Shown here in pieces: positions 6,763 to 16,087 of a DNA stretch of 64,000 bases. Under the pieces are notes generated by a model. The model was not told the DNA's origin and ran no database searches. It worked only from the letters and a program-made list of their open reading frames with translations. Made by a program: the position numbers and the translations under genes. Origin of the DNA: an uncultured Bifidobacteriaceae bacterium (GTDB taxonomy: Bacteria > Verrucomicrobiota > Verrucomicrobiia > Limisphaerales > UBA11358). Each line of letters begins with the position of its first letter. Within the stretch, counting starts at the first letter, position 1. The stretch covers positions 66,457 to 130,456 of the forward strand of contig CAZHXG010000002.1 in the NCBI GenBank assembly GCA_964536285.1, written 5' to 3'.

Positions 6763-8760
6763 TCACTTGCCGCGCGAAGCGGCCAGCGGCATGGACGACT
6801 CCAGATGGATCACGCGCGAGTCGTCGCCGGAAGATTTGTTTTTCGTCTGCGAATCGAACTGGTTGCTCTCGCGGTAAAGCGTGATGGAGACGTGCTCGTT
6901 GCGCCGAATGCATTCCTTGATGGACTCGGCGTCCTTCTCGCAATAGAGCAAGGTCTTCCAGGAATAAATATGTTTCGGCTTGTGAAAATCGCTGTTGCCG
7001 AGAAACGGCAGGCGTTTCATGCCGACGCAATCGAAGATGTTGTGGCGGTTGGCGATTTCCCACGCGTCGATCAGCGGCGCGAATTTCTCGTGGTTCTCCC
7101 AAAGATACAACGTGTTCTTGCCCCACTCGCTTTTCATGATGTGCGGGTGCGACGCGACGGCGAGTCCGCCTTGCGCGTGGATGTGCGCGATGGTCTCCGG
7201 CAAATCAAGCGCAGACGAAATCGGATTTTTCAAATCGATGCCGAGCAGATGTGCCGAAGTTTTTTTTGTGTAGCCGTCTTTGTTGAACTCGATGCCGGTC
7301 ATCACGATCATGTTGTATTTTTTCCAGGCGCGACGGCGTTCGCGCGCGATGACTTCAAAATATTCCTCCAACTGGTCTTCGCTGACGGTCATGTTGCTCA
7401 AGCGCGCGAGTTTTCCGATCAAGCGGCGCGGATCGGCCAGATGGTCGGTGATGCAGATGCAGTCGAAGCCGAGCCGCCCGTAAAAATCCACAACCTCCGG
7501 CACGGAAAGTTTTCCGTCCGAATAACTCGTGTGGATGTGAAAATCACAGAGCAACATGCGCGCGGGACCATTGCCATTGACTGTCGAGACAACCGGCTTA
7601 AATGTTGAGACCGGCGACTCGAACAGTTTGACTTTCTTCCGCGTCGGATCGGTCTGTTCGCATTCCTCCAAAATCAACTCCGCCAATCGCAACGCGGCGT
7701 CCGGCTTGCTGATGCGCTGCAAATTTTTCCGCCATTCCTGCCACTGTTTCGCCTTGTGCGCGAAGGCTTCCTCGACCAGTTCCGGCACTTCGCGGTTTCG
7801 TTCCGCGATCGCGCCGAGTTTATATTCCGCGATGAGTTGCGCGTTGCCTTCCTCTTGTCCGGGAATGACCTGATTGACGATCATCGGGCAGCGCGCGGCG
7901 ATCGCTTCCTGCACGACCGCGCCGCCCGCCTTGCCGATGACGAGATGGTGGCTCAACATCAGTTGCGGCATCTGGTTCGTCCAGCCGAGCACGTGGACGC
8001 GGTCCTTGTGATCGCGCGTGCGTTCGATCAACTTGGATTTCAATTCCGCATCGCGCCCGACGGTGATGGTCAGTTGCGTGTCGGGAATTTCGAGCAGCCG
8101 GTCGATGACCTTGCCCGCCTTCTTTTTTCCGGTGTTGATGATGTAAAGAATTTTTCGCGCCTCGCCCGAAACCGGCACGCGCAACGGAATCACCGGTTCT
8201 TCCGTGAACAGATGGCTGACGGGAAAACCGAGCGCCTTGATTTTCGACGCGGGAATTTTCTGCGCGCGCAAAACTTCCGCCGTCGGTTCGTTGGGAACGC
8301 AAAAAATATCGCTCGTCGCACGATACCACGCCGAGTTCACGGTGATGGAATCGGTGACGATGGTGATGAAACGAAACGGCCGCTCGGCATAATCGCGGTA
8401 AAGTTCCTGGATGACGTGCGCGTAGACCGGGTAAGTGGAGACGACGCAGTCCGGCTGCGTCTCGTGCAAAATGTCGGCGAGCGAATTTTTCAGCTTCGTG
8501 AAATTGCCGAGCCGGCTCTCGACGAACTTGGAATTGTCCAGCAACGAGTAAATTCCGCCCCAAAACTGCGGGACGTATTTCACCATGTTCAGGTAGGCGC
8601 TCTTGGCGAGCGTGTTGAACGAGCCGTAGCTGCTCTCGAACAAATCCAGCACCTCGACTTTGACCTCGTCGGAAACGAGTTCGAGCGCGTCGCGCAAATT
8701 TCGCGCGGCGGCGTTGTGACCTTCGCCAAAGCCCGCAGTCAGTATGAGAACTTTTTTCAT
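6763..8760 (-). CDS. Fusion protein: N-terminal GT28 MGDG-synthase/UgtP-like diacylglycerol glycosyltransferase + C-terminal PHP phosphoesterase domain
   Basis: aa 1-~375: MKKVLILTAGFGEGHNAAARNL..., GKAGGAVVQEAIAARCPMIV (GT-B, MGDG_synth-like). aa ~402-630: CDFHIHTSYSDG...CITDHL...ASHPH (PHP metal-binding His/Asp motifs). One uninterrupted 665-aa ORF. Confidence 0.8.
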   Translation of the reverse strand: MKKVLILTAGFGEGHNAAARNLRDALELVSDEVKVEVLDLFESSYGSFNTLAKSAYLNMVKYVPQFWGGIYSLLDNSKFVESRLGNFTKLKNSLADILHETQPDCVVSTYPVYAHVIQELYRDYAERPFRFITIVTDSITVNSAWYRATSDIFCVPNEPTAEVLRAQKIPASKIKALGFPVSHLFTEEPVIPLRVPVSGEARKILYIINTGKKKAGKVIDRLLEIPDTQLTITVGRDAELKSKLIERTRDHKDRVHVLGWTNQMPQLMLSHHLVIGKAGGAVVQEAIAARCPMIVNQVIPGQEEGNAQLIAEYKLGAIAERNREVPELVEEAFAHKAKQWQEWRKNLQRISKPDAALRLAELILEECEQTDPTRKKVKLFESPVSTFKPVVSTVNGNGPARMLLCDFHIHTSYSDGKLSVPEVVDFYGRLGFDCICITDHLADPRRLIGKLARLSNMTVSEDQLEEYFEVIARERRRAWKKYNMIVMTGIEFNKDGYTKKTSAHLLGIDLKNPISSALDLPETIAHIHAQGGLAVASHPHIMKSEWGKNTLYLWENHEKFAPLIDAWEIANRHNIFDCVGMKRLPFLGNSDFHKPKHIYSWKTLLYCEKDAESIKECIRRNEHVSITLYRESNQFDSQTKNKSSGDDSRVIHLESSMPLAASRGK

Positions 8761-8937
8761 AGCCAGTTTCTTTTTAGGGTGCGTTGAGCAAGTTACAATT
8801 CGGTGACGGAAAGGTTAAAAGTTGTTCACATTTTTCGGCCCGGCGGTGAATTTGATGGTTTTCAGCGGAAAATTCTTCTTCGGCGGACGGCGCAATTCCG
8901 GACTGGCAACAGAAGAGGGCGAATCAGTTCTTGAATT

Positions 8938-9999
8938 TTACTTCCAGTAAAAACCGAGAACCTGGATGTCCGTTCCCGAATTTCTATAAAGCGTGGCGAT
9001 GAATTCGCGCTGGGAGTCGCCGATTTTTGCGGTGACGTGGACTTCAAAGACAGAACTGCGCGTGGTGCAAAGCGATGTGTTTTGAATTCCCAGGCTTGTC
9101 AATTGACTTGCATTGCGAAACGGCGTGTCGTCTTCCGTGCCGTCCACGCCGTCCGGACCGGCGCGTTGCTGGATGATGGACGCGGCAAGGGCGGCGTCCA
9201 CGCCGGGAATCATCTGCAGCACATTCGTGTCGGCGGTGTTGATGTTGATGCGTCCCGCGGAAATCGGCGTAAAAATATCCTTCAGCCCGAATGGATAGAC
9301 TGGAATGTCGCCGGGCGCGTTGCCAATGCCGAGTTTCGTTTTTTGCGGCGCGGGACTGTTTGATAAATCGCCACCGTAATACATTTCCGGCGTCACGCCT
9401 TTCACCAGCAGAAGTTCGGACAAATCGTCGATCGGCGCGTTCTTGGCGTAATACGGCGGCGTCAAACTTTGATAATAATCGCTCTCCGCCCCGGCGATGC
9501 GCGGCGGCGCGGGTGGATCGATCCAATCAAGAATCGAATCGGACACGACGGAAATACTGTCAGCATCCACACCCATGACCGTGAGCACCTGTTGGATCAA
9601 CTGATCCCCAGCGGTGTTGATATTGATCTTGCGATCAAGGTCGATGATTTTGAGCGAGACGGTGCCTTGCCCTATCTGGTAATTGTCCAACGAAATTCCG
9701 GCGAGCACGCTATTTGTCTCACCCGGACCACCTGGACCGCCAGCCCAGATTTGGTTGAGCGAATCGTACGGTTCGCCCGCGATGGAGGCCTCCTGCGATA
9801 AAATCCAGCGCGCATATTCCACGCCGGAACGCCCCAGCCAAAGCAACTGCTCCTCGTTCCCGGCGTTCCTCGCGAGCCGCGTCTCGACTTTGATGGAAAA
9901 CCAGAGCGCCGCCGCCAGAATGGAAAACAGCGCGATCGCGATCATCACCATGATGAGCGCGATGCCGGCGCGGGAATTTTGGCGAAAGCGGGTTTTCAT
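8938..9999 (-). CDS. gspK: Type II secretion minor pseudopilin GspK-like
   Basis: 353 aa. N-terminal RAGIALIMVMIAIALFSILAAAL, then a large GspK-type domain (helix-hairpin-helix-like ININTA repeats). Last gene of the pseudopilin operon. Confidence 0.75.
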   Translation of the reverse strand: MKTRFRQNSRAGIALIMVMIAIALFSILAAALWFSIKVETRLARNAGNEEQLLWLGRSGVEYARWILSQEASIAGEPYDSLNQIWAGGPGGPGETNSVLAGISLDNYQIGQGTVSLKIIDLDRKININTAGDQLIQQVLTVMGVDADSISVVSDSILDWIDPPAPPRIAGAESDYYQSLTPPYYAKNAPIDDLSELLLVKGVTPEMYYGGDLSNSPAPQKTKLGIGNAPGDIPVYPFGLKDIFTPISAGRININTADTNVLQMIPGVDAALAASIIQQRAGPDGVDGTEDDTPFRNASQLTSLGIQNTSLCTTRSSVFEVHVTAKIGDSQREFIATLYRNSGTDIQVLGFYWK

Positions 10000-10880
10000 T
10001 GCTGATTGCCGCGTCCGCCGTTGAAGGGGGTGCGCGGAGAATATGGATTGTTCCCGTTGTTGAAATTGTTGTTGGGGTTGCCGCCATTCTGATTGCCGTT
10101 GCGCGGGTTGTTGGAATTGTTATTCGGATTTCCGCCACGGCCATTTCCATTTTGTCCGTTTCCATTACCGCCACCACCACCTCCACGACCTCCACCTCCA
10201 CCGCCGCCCACTCTCGGCACTTGCTGCACGGTCAGCACCGTGCTCGATGGCATCGTGATTTCACGCGCGATGGACACCGTCGGACCGTTGCCGGTCGAAT
10301 CGCCATTTTCCGCGAACGTGAGCGTGACCCGCACCATCGGCGGGACGGCATTCGTGTCATCCCATTCCTGCGTCCAGTCCAGCGCATTCGTGTCCCAGCA
10401 TTCGACGAGAAAGTTCTTCACATTGCGCGCAATCACGAGCGGGGTGGCTTGTTCGTCCGAATCCATGTCCTTGAGAATCTCGTTTTGCCGCAGCACCAAG
10501 TCATTTCCCGAATCCGCGTCCGGTTCAATAGCAAAGGTGAGCCGCCGCAAATTGCTGTCGAATCTGCCGTTGCGTGGAAAAATATCCGGCAGCCGCGCGA
10601 CGAAACTCAATTCCGGCTGGTCGCCGTTCTGCAGGATGAAGCTGTAATATTGAAAGGAACCCTGAAAAGATTGGATGCACGTCAGCGAGTCTTCAATGGT
10701 GCGGACGGCGATGCGCTGGCGCTGGATTCGCGCCGCCGCTTCCTGCCCGACTTGCGACGATTTCAAAATCACCACCCACGTCGAATAGACCGCTGCGACG
10801 AGCATCGTGAAAATCGCAAGAGCCACCATGATTTCAATCAAGGTGAACGCGCGACGACGAAGATTTTTTTTGACGTTCAT
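9996..10880 (-). CDS. gspJ: GspJ-like pseudopilin with a 70-aa Gly/Asn-rich C-terminal extension
   Basis: Prepilin-type N-terminus RRAFTLIEIMVALAIFTMLVAAVYS. 4-nt overlaps with both neighbours. C-terminal tail GGGGGGGRGGGGGGNGNGQNGNGRGGNPNNNSNNPRNGNQNGGNPNNNFNNGNNPY... Confidence 0.7.
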   Translation of the reverse strand: MNVKKNLRRRAFTLIEIMVALAIFTMLVAAVYSTWVVILKSSQVGQEAAARIQRQRIAVRTIEDSLTCIQSFQGSFQYYSFILQNGDQPELSFVARLPDIFPRNGRFDSNLRRLTFAIEPDADSGNDLVLRQNEILKDMDSDEQATPLVIARNVKNFLVECWDTNALDWTQEWDDTNAVPPMVRVTLTFAENGDSTGNGPTVSIAREITMPSSTVLTVQQVPRVGGGGGGGRGGGGGGNGNGQNGNGRGGNPNNNSNNPRNGNQNGGNPNNNFNNGNNPYSPRTPFNGGRGNQQ

Positions 10881-11308
10881 CGCGCGACGATCGCTCCGTC
10901 AAGACTGCCTGCGGGCGATTGGGGGCTAAAAAACAGATTGGTCATGGTCGAGATGGTCTCGTGGTTGCCTGTCGTGCTTTGTATGATATAGCCCACTTGG
11001 AAGAGTTTGTTCGTGCCGACCTCCTGGACATCGTAGGTGCAATCGTAACCGTTGTAGGCGTCTCCGAGCAGGTCGCCGAGGTTGACGGTGTAAGTGCCTT
11101 CGACCAGCTGGTTGGTCTCCGAAAGCCACGACACCACCGCGCCCGCGTCCACCATCGGGCGCTGGAGACGTCGCGCGTTTTCGAGCGAACTCGACACCAG
11201 CGCCAGAATCACGAACACGGCCATCGCAAAAATGCCGATGGCAATCATCACCTCCAAAAGTGAAAATGCCCGCTGCGATTTCGCGCCGGTTTTGATTTCC
11301 ATTTTCAT
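10877..11308 (-). CDS. gspI: GspI-like pseudopilin
   Basis: 143 aa. QRAFSLLEVMIAIGIFAMAVFVIL prepilin N-terminus. Size and operon position fit GspI. Confidence 0.7.
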   Translation of the reverse strand: MKMEIKTGAKSQRAFSLLEVMIAIGIFAMAVFVILALVSSSLENARRLQRPMVDAGAVVSWLSETNQLVEGTYTVNLGDLLGDAYNGYDCTYDVQEVGTNKLFQVGYIIQSTTGNHETISTMTNLFFSPQSPAGSLDGAIVAR

Positions 11309-11853
11309 TTTTTCACCGGCAACGCCGTTGCAATGGACGTGGAAAATTCCAAAGTGATTTTTTCCCAGGCGTCGTTCGCGTGCAGCACGAGGGTCATCTC
11401 ATCGCATGTGCCGTTCGGGAAAAACAGCACGCGGCAAATATCCGAGCCGCTGAAATCCATCAGGTTGACGTCGAGCATCGCGATGTCCACGTTGTCGGGC
11501 AGCGTCGCCGACGTGAGCGCGTCCGCCTGCGTCTTTTTGGCTTCGGTGCTTTCCGCCGTCGTGTCTTCGGTCGCCGCCGCGTCGAGCACTTCCAATGTTT
11601 TGTCGTGCGGATGGAAAACGACCGCTTTGGTGCGCCCCTGCAAAATCGCCTGCGCCCGCGCGGTGTTGAGCACGTCCTTCACGTCGCTCACGGCTTTGCG
11701 CATCCCTTCCTTTTGCAACATTTGGAGCATGGACGGGATGCCCATCGCCGCGATGAGGCCGATGATGGCCACGACCACCATGATTTCAATCAAGGTGAAC
11801 GCCCGAAACGGAAAATTTTTCCTGGCAGCCGTCGTTTTCATCAAAAGCCTCAA
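11305..11853 (-). CDS. gspH: GspH-like pseudopilin
   Basis: 182 aa. FRAFTLIEIMVVVAIIGLIAAMGIPS prepilin N-terminus. Follows gspF with a 4-nt overlap. Confidence 0.65.
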   Translation of the reverse strand: MRLLMKTTAARKNFPFRAFTLIEIMVVVAIIGLIAAMGIPSMLQMLQKEGMRKAVSDVKDVLNTARAQAILQGRTKAVVFHPHDKTLEVLDAAATEDTTAESTEAKKTQADALTSATLPDNVDIAMLDVNLMDFSGSDICRVLFFPNGTCDEMTLVLHANDAWEKITLEFSTSIATALPVKK

Positions 11854-13118
11854 TGGATTGACGAGATCAGCTTGAAGAGCGGCAGGAATATGCTCAACAG
11901 TAGAAATGCCACGATGCCGCCCATGACGACGATCAACACCGGCTCGATGAGCTGGGTCATCAGGCGCAAGGAGATGGAAAGTTCGCCCTCGTAAGTGTCA
12001 GCGAGGTTATTCAACGCGCCCGGAACGTCCCCGGTCTCCTCGCCGATGCGCACCAGATCCACCATGAGTTGCGGGAAAAGTTTGCTCTGCGCCAGCGGTT
12101 GCGCGAGCGTCTTGCCGTCCGTCACCGCCTCGCGCGTCTTTGAAATCGCCTCCTTGATCAAACGGTTCGGCAAAACCTGCTCCGTGATTTTCAAAGCCGT
12201 CAAAACAGGGACGCCGTTTTCAAGCAATGTGCCGAGCGTCCTTGCGAATTGCCCGAACAAATTCAAATTGATCACCTTGCCGATGACCGGCGCTTTCATC
12301 TTCCATTCGTCCAGTTTCCGCCCGCCCGCCTCGCTGGTCTTGAACCGGATGAACAAAATGACCGCCACGATGATGACCAATCCGATCAACCACCAATAAT
12401 TCAGGAGCATTTGACTGAACGCGATCAACATGCGCGTCGGCAGCGGCAGTTCGATGTTGAAGCCCATGAAGATTTTCGTGAACTGCGGCATCATCACAAA
12501 CATGAAGAACCCGATGAGAAAGATGCCCATGCAAATCACCAGCGCCGGATAGATCAACGCCGAGGTGAACTTCGCCTGCACTTCGGCGAACTGCTGGAAA
12601 TGGTTCGCCATGCGCCGCAACACTTCCACCAGCGAACCGCTCTGTTCGCCCGCGCGGACCATGTTGATATACAAATCCGAAAAAACGCGCGGCTGCTTCG
12701 ACATCGCGTCGGACAAACTCCGGCCTTCGCTCACCTCCTGCTTCAAGTCGCGGCCCACCTGCGAAGGAATTCCCTTCGACTCCAGATGCGTCATGCTGTT
12801 GAGCGCGACCGTCAACGGCATCCCCGAATTCAGCAGATTCGACAATTGCGTCGTGAAGGTCGCCAGCTCTTGCAATTTCGGCTTCCGTTTCTGCTGCAAT
12901 TGCAAGCGCATGTCGGTTGGCAAAAACGAAAGCCAATCAGCTTTCTGCCCGGCACGCTTGGTGCCGGCCGCCGCGCCCGACTTCGCCGCGTCCACCGCGA
13001 CGGGAAAAAGTCCGAGCCGCTGGATTTGCGCCAGGGCCGCCGGACGGTCGGCGACTTCGAGGACGCCCTCGACCAATTCGCCGCTGCGGCGGCGCGCTTT
13101 GTAGGAAAATTCCGGCAT
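11850..13118 (-). CDS. gspF: Type II secretion system inner-membrane platform protein GspF
   Basis: 422 aa. Duplicated T2SSF domains and three TM segments; ends ...LLLSIFLPLFKLISSI, typical of GspF/PilC. Confidence 0.9.
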   Translation of the reverse strand: MPEFSYKARRRSGELVEGVLEVADRPAALAQIQRLGLFPVAVDAAKSGAAAGTKRAGQKADWLSFLPTDMRLQLQQKRKPKLQELATFTTQLSNLLNSGMPLTVALNSMTHLESKGIPSQVGRDLKQEVSEGRSLSDAMSKQPRVFSDLYINMVRAGEQSGSLVEVLRRMANHFQQFAEVQAKFTSALIYPALVICMGIFLIGFFMFVMMPQFTKIFMGFNIELPLPTRMLIAFSQMLLNYWWLIGLVIIVAVILFIRFKTSEAGGRKLDEWKMKAPVIGKVINLNLFGQFARTLGTLLENGVPVLTALKITEQVLPNRLIKEAISKTREAVTDGKTLAQPLAQSKLFPQLMVDLVRIGEETGDVPGALNNLADTYEGELSISLRLMTQLIEPVLIVVMGGIVAFLLLSIFLPLFKLISSIH

Positions 13119-13224
13119 AAACCGATTATCATCTAAAACCGTTGGCAGTCAAAAGTTTCAATTGGGCGGATTAAATGCGAATCATGCTTGACGCCGACCG
13201 CCGTTGTGATTGATTGTGCCCGAT

Positions 13225-13620
13225 ATGAAAACGAAAATTTTTGCGGCATTTGCCGGAATTGCCATCGTCACCGCCGGTTGCATCAGCACCGTGAGCGGCA
13301 CGAAGACGGCGGCGGTTCCATTCACAAGGGATACGGTCAGCGGACGTTATGAACGTTCCGTTGATCAAGTGTATCAGGCGTCCGTGGCGGTCGTTCAAAA
13401 CAACGGCGTGCTGATCACTGAATTCATTCCGCACGACACGACCAACACCGTGCGCGCGCTGCAAGCCAAGATCAACCAGCACAATGTCTGGATCAGCGTC
13501 ACCGCGGTGGATCCCAAAATCACGGCCGTCGCCGTGCAGGCCCGCACGAAGATGGGCGGCAGCGACGTTGACCTCGCGCACGAACTGGAAAAGGAAATCG
13601 CGCTACAACTCGCGCGGTAG
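13225..13620 (+). CDS. Small lipoprotein, unknown function (DUF3568-like?)
   Basis: MKTKIFAAFAGIAIVTAGC, a signal peptide plus lipobox-like TAGC. ORF track start (TTG 13210) trimmed to the ATG at 13225. Confidence 0.6.
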   Translation: MKTKIFAAFAGIAIVTAGCISTVSGTKTAAVPFTRDTVSGRYERSVDQVYQASVAVVQNNGVLITEFIPHDTTNTVRALQAKINQHNVWISVTAVDPKITAVAVQARTKMGGSDVDLAHELEKEIALQLAR

Positions 13621-14901
13621 TCCGTAAGTCGGGCCGTATTTCAGGCCGATATTTTGTTCATAGACGCCGAGCTTTTTGTCCGGCGTCTCTTTTTTGCCCT
13701 TGATCTCAAGTTTCAAACGGCCCAGCCGCGACCGCGCAACGTCGGCCACCGGCAGATCGGGGAACCGTTCGATGATTTTTCCCAAGGTCACGCTCACCGT
13801 GTCGTGATCCGCGCCATTGTGAATCTGCAAATCCGCCAGCAGGTTGAGCCAGTGCGCGACGCGTTTGGCCGGATGATTCGGCTCGTTGATCAACTGCGCC
13901 AGTTCGAGCGTCGCCAAATCCAGCCGCTGATAATGTCTGGCATAAATGATGGCGAGCTTCTCCCGGATTTCCGTGTCGTTCGGATGCTGTTGCAGATGCT
14001 TCACATAATCCGACGCCTGTTTTTCTGGATTTTCTTCAGCGGGCACCAGATGCGCGCTGGAACCCAGCAAGCCGATGCTCGCCTCACCTTTCGGCACGGC
14101 CATCGCCTGACGGTCGTGCGACGCGAGCAGAATTTTCGCCGCGCCGCCCAGATGCGCGATGCGCTGCTCGGCCGCAAGCGACAATTCCGTGTCCGGAAAC
14201 CGCACGATGATTTTCTCCAGTGCGACGCGCGCCGAATCCGTGTCCTGCGCGAGCTTCAAATGCCAGTCGGCGAGTTGCGTGAGCGCGGCGGCGACCTGTT
14301 TTGGCGGCGCTTCCGGCGAACTGCAAAAATGGTTCAGCGTGGTTTCCGCCGACGGCAAATCCTTCATGTCCTCTGCCTGAATGCTTGCGATCAATATCAC
14401 CCCTTCGTAATCGTTCGGAAATTTCGCCAGTTGCTGCCGGATTTCAAGGATGGCTTCCAGCGGCTTGTTCAACTTCCGTTTCGTTTGCGCGATGGAATAA
14501 TATGGCTTCGGCTCCGGCGGTTCATTGCCGCCGTCGAACAAACTTGTCAATGGTTTTGCCACGACATTGCCGATATGTGATCCCCAAATGGCACCCAAGG
14601 TGACGCAACAGGCCACTATGGAGATGACCAGCATAAATGTCGGCACAAGGTTGCTTCCTATGTCGCCAGGTTGAATCGATCCGGCGAGGTGTCGGGCAAA
14701 AAGAATCTCGCCGCCCACCAGCGGAATTGTGATCAGCCACTTGAAAACAATTTTCGGGGCATCTTCGCTGGCCTTGAGCGAACGGACAAACAGCCAGCCG
14801 CCACCGCCAATGATGATGACGAGCCAAAAAATGTCGGCTGCAATTTCCAAAATCCGGCTCATGGTCTTATTGAAAGTCTTCCCGTTCGCACGTGGACGCA
14901 A
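13603..14901 (-). CDS. Membrane-anchored protein with TPR-like helical repeats, unknown function
   Basis: Three or four N-terminal TM segments followed by a long helical repeat region. The true start may be MSRILE (14862). Confidence 0.6.
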   Translation of the reverse strand: MRPRANGKTFNKTMSRILEIAADIFWLVIIIGGGGWLFVRSLKASEDAPKIVFKWLITIPLVGGEILFARHLAGSIQPGDIGSNLVPTFMLVISIVACCVTLGAIWGSHIGNVVAKPLTSLFDGGNEPPEPKPYYSIAQTKRKLNKPLEAILEIRQQLAKFPNDYEGVILIASIQAEDMKDLPSAETTLNHFCSSPEAPPKQVAAALTQLADWHLKLAQDTDSARVALEKIIVRFPDTELSLAAEQRIAHLGGAAKILLASHDRQAMAVPKGEASIGLLGSSAHLVPAEENPEKQASDYVKHLQQHPNDTEIREKLAIIYARHYQRLDLATLELAQLINEPNHPAKRVAHWLNLLADLQIHNGADHDTVSVTLGKIIERFPDLPVADVARSRLGRLKLEIKGKKETPDKKLGVYEQNIGLKYGPTYGLPREL

Positions 14902-14912
14902 GCAAAATTCAT

Positions 14913-15341
14913 TCAGCCGTAGCGATACGGTCTGGCCAGGACAAATGTGTTCTGCAAATGCCGGATTTCACGAACTTCGTCGTCGTTCAACAAGACTTCC
15001 ACGATGTCGAAACGGATTTTCACCGCCGGATTTTTCAGCAGCCGCAAATAATCCAGCGCGCATCGCGAAAGCCGCCGCCGCCGCTCTGCATTTACCGCCG
15101 CCGCCGGACGGGTCCAGTCCTCGGACGAGCGCGTTTTGACTTCGATGAACGCCAGGCAATCACCGTCGCGGAAAATCAAATCAATCTCGCCGTGTCCGGA
15201 GCGGAAATTGGCCGCGAGAAAATTCAGTCCCCGCTTCTGCAAATAATTTTTCGCCGCGCGTTCGCCGGATTCGCCGCGCCGCAAATGCTCCGGCTTCTTC
15301 TTGCCTGCGAACTTCGCCCTCAATTTCCCGAGCAGATTCAT
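14913..15341 (-). CDS. yraN: YraN-family (UPF0102) endonuclease-like protein
   Basis: GERAAKNYLQKRGLNFLAANFRSGHGEIDLIFRDGDCLAFIEVKTRS matches the YraN signature. I chose the ATG whose A is shared with the rnhB stop (TGATG). Confidence 0.8.
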   Translation of the reverse strand: MNLLGKLRAKFAGKKKPEHLRRGESGERAAKNYLQKRGLNFLAANFRSGHGEIDLIFRDGDCLAFIEVKTRSSEDWTRPAAAVNAERRRRLSRCALDYLRLLKNPAVKIRFDIVEVLLNDDEVREIRHLQNTFVLARPYRYG

Positions 15342-16003
15342 CAGCGATTGAAAAGTTCCGTCTCTCTTGGTTTCAGCGGCGCGAAACTTTTGCGATGGAT
15401 CGGGCACGCGCCGAATTTTTCAATCGCCGCGAGATGCCGCGCCGTGCCGTAGCCTTTGTGGCCGGCGAAACCGTAATGCGGAAATTGTCTGTCAAATTCC
15501 AGCATCAGCCGGTCGCGCGTGACTTTGGCCAGCACGCTCGCGGCGGCGATGGAATAACTCCGCGCATCGCCTTTCACAATCGCCGTCTGCGGAACGCGCA
15601 TCGTTCTGACCGGACGTCCGTCCACCAGCACATGCTGCGGCTGTGGATTCAATTTTGCGAGCGCGTCGTTCATCGCGCGATGTGTCGCCTGCAAAATGTT
15701 GATTTCGTCAATCTGCGTTGCATCAATCTGCGCGATGGAAAATTCGACTTCGCCGCACGAGATCAAAAACGCGAAAAAATTTTCGCGCTGCATTTCCGAA
15801 AGTTGTTTGGAATCGTTGAGACCTTCGAGTTCGCGCGGCAAACCGGATTCCGCCCAACGCGAAGGCAAAATTGCCGCTGCTGCGACGACCGGTCCGGCAA
15901 GCGGCCCGCGACCGGCCTCGTCCACGCCCGCGACCCGCGTCAGATTTTTTTGCCAAAGCACACGCTCGAATTCGAAGCGGTCAATTTGGATTACGCGGGC
16001 CAT
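15341..16003 (-). CDS. rnhB: Ribonuclease HII
   Basis: VAGVDEAGRGPLAGPVVAAA catalytic motif. Start moved to MARVIQ (16003), giving 220 aa. The longer ORF-track version would overlap the + strand gene at 16088. Confidence 0.9.
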   Translation of the reverse strand: MARVIQIDRFEFERVLWQKNLTRVAGVDEAGRGPLAGPVVAAAAILPSRWAESGLPRELEGLNDSKQLSEMQRENFFAFLISCGEVEFSIAQIDATQIDEINILQATHRAMNDALAKLNPQPQHVLVDGRPVRTMRVPQTAIVKGDARSYSIAAASVLAKVTRDRLMLEFDRQFPHYGFAGHKGYGTARHLAAIEKFGACPIHRKSFAPLKPRETELFNR

Positions 16004-16087
16004 CGCTTCAGAATTTTGCGTTTGCGCCGCGCTGTCAAAACTAAAATCCGTGTTTCCTTCGCCCCGCGCCGGGGTTAAAACTGTGGC

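Noticed and set aside
5833-7608. 591-aa ORF on the + strand spanning the HDAC-like, sixA and GT28-PHP genes in antisense
   Set aside because: It is extremely R/F/G/A-rich with no recognisable motif, and it is antisense to three well-supported genes. This is a typical stop-poor shadow frame in GC-rich DNA. The same applies to 7756..8787, 9999..10991, 11380..11994, 12249..13136, 13654..14580, 21417..22226, 22751..23854 and 26043..26744.
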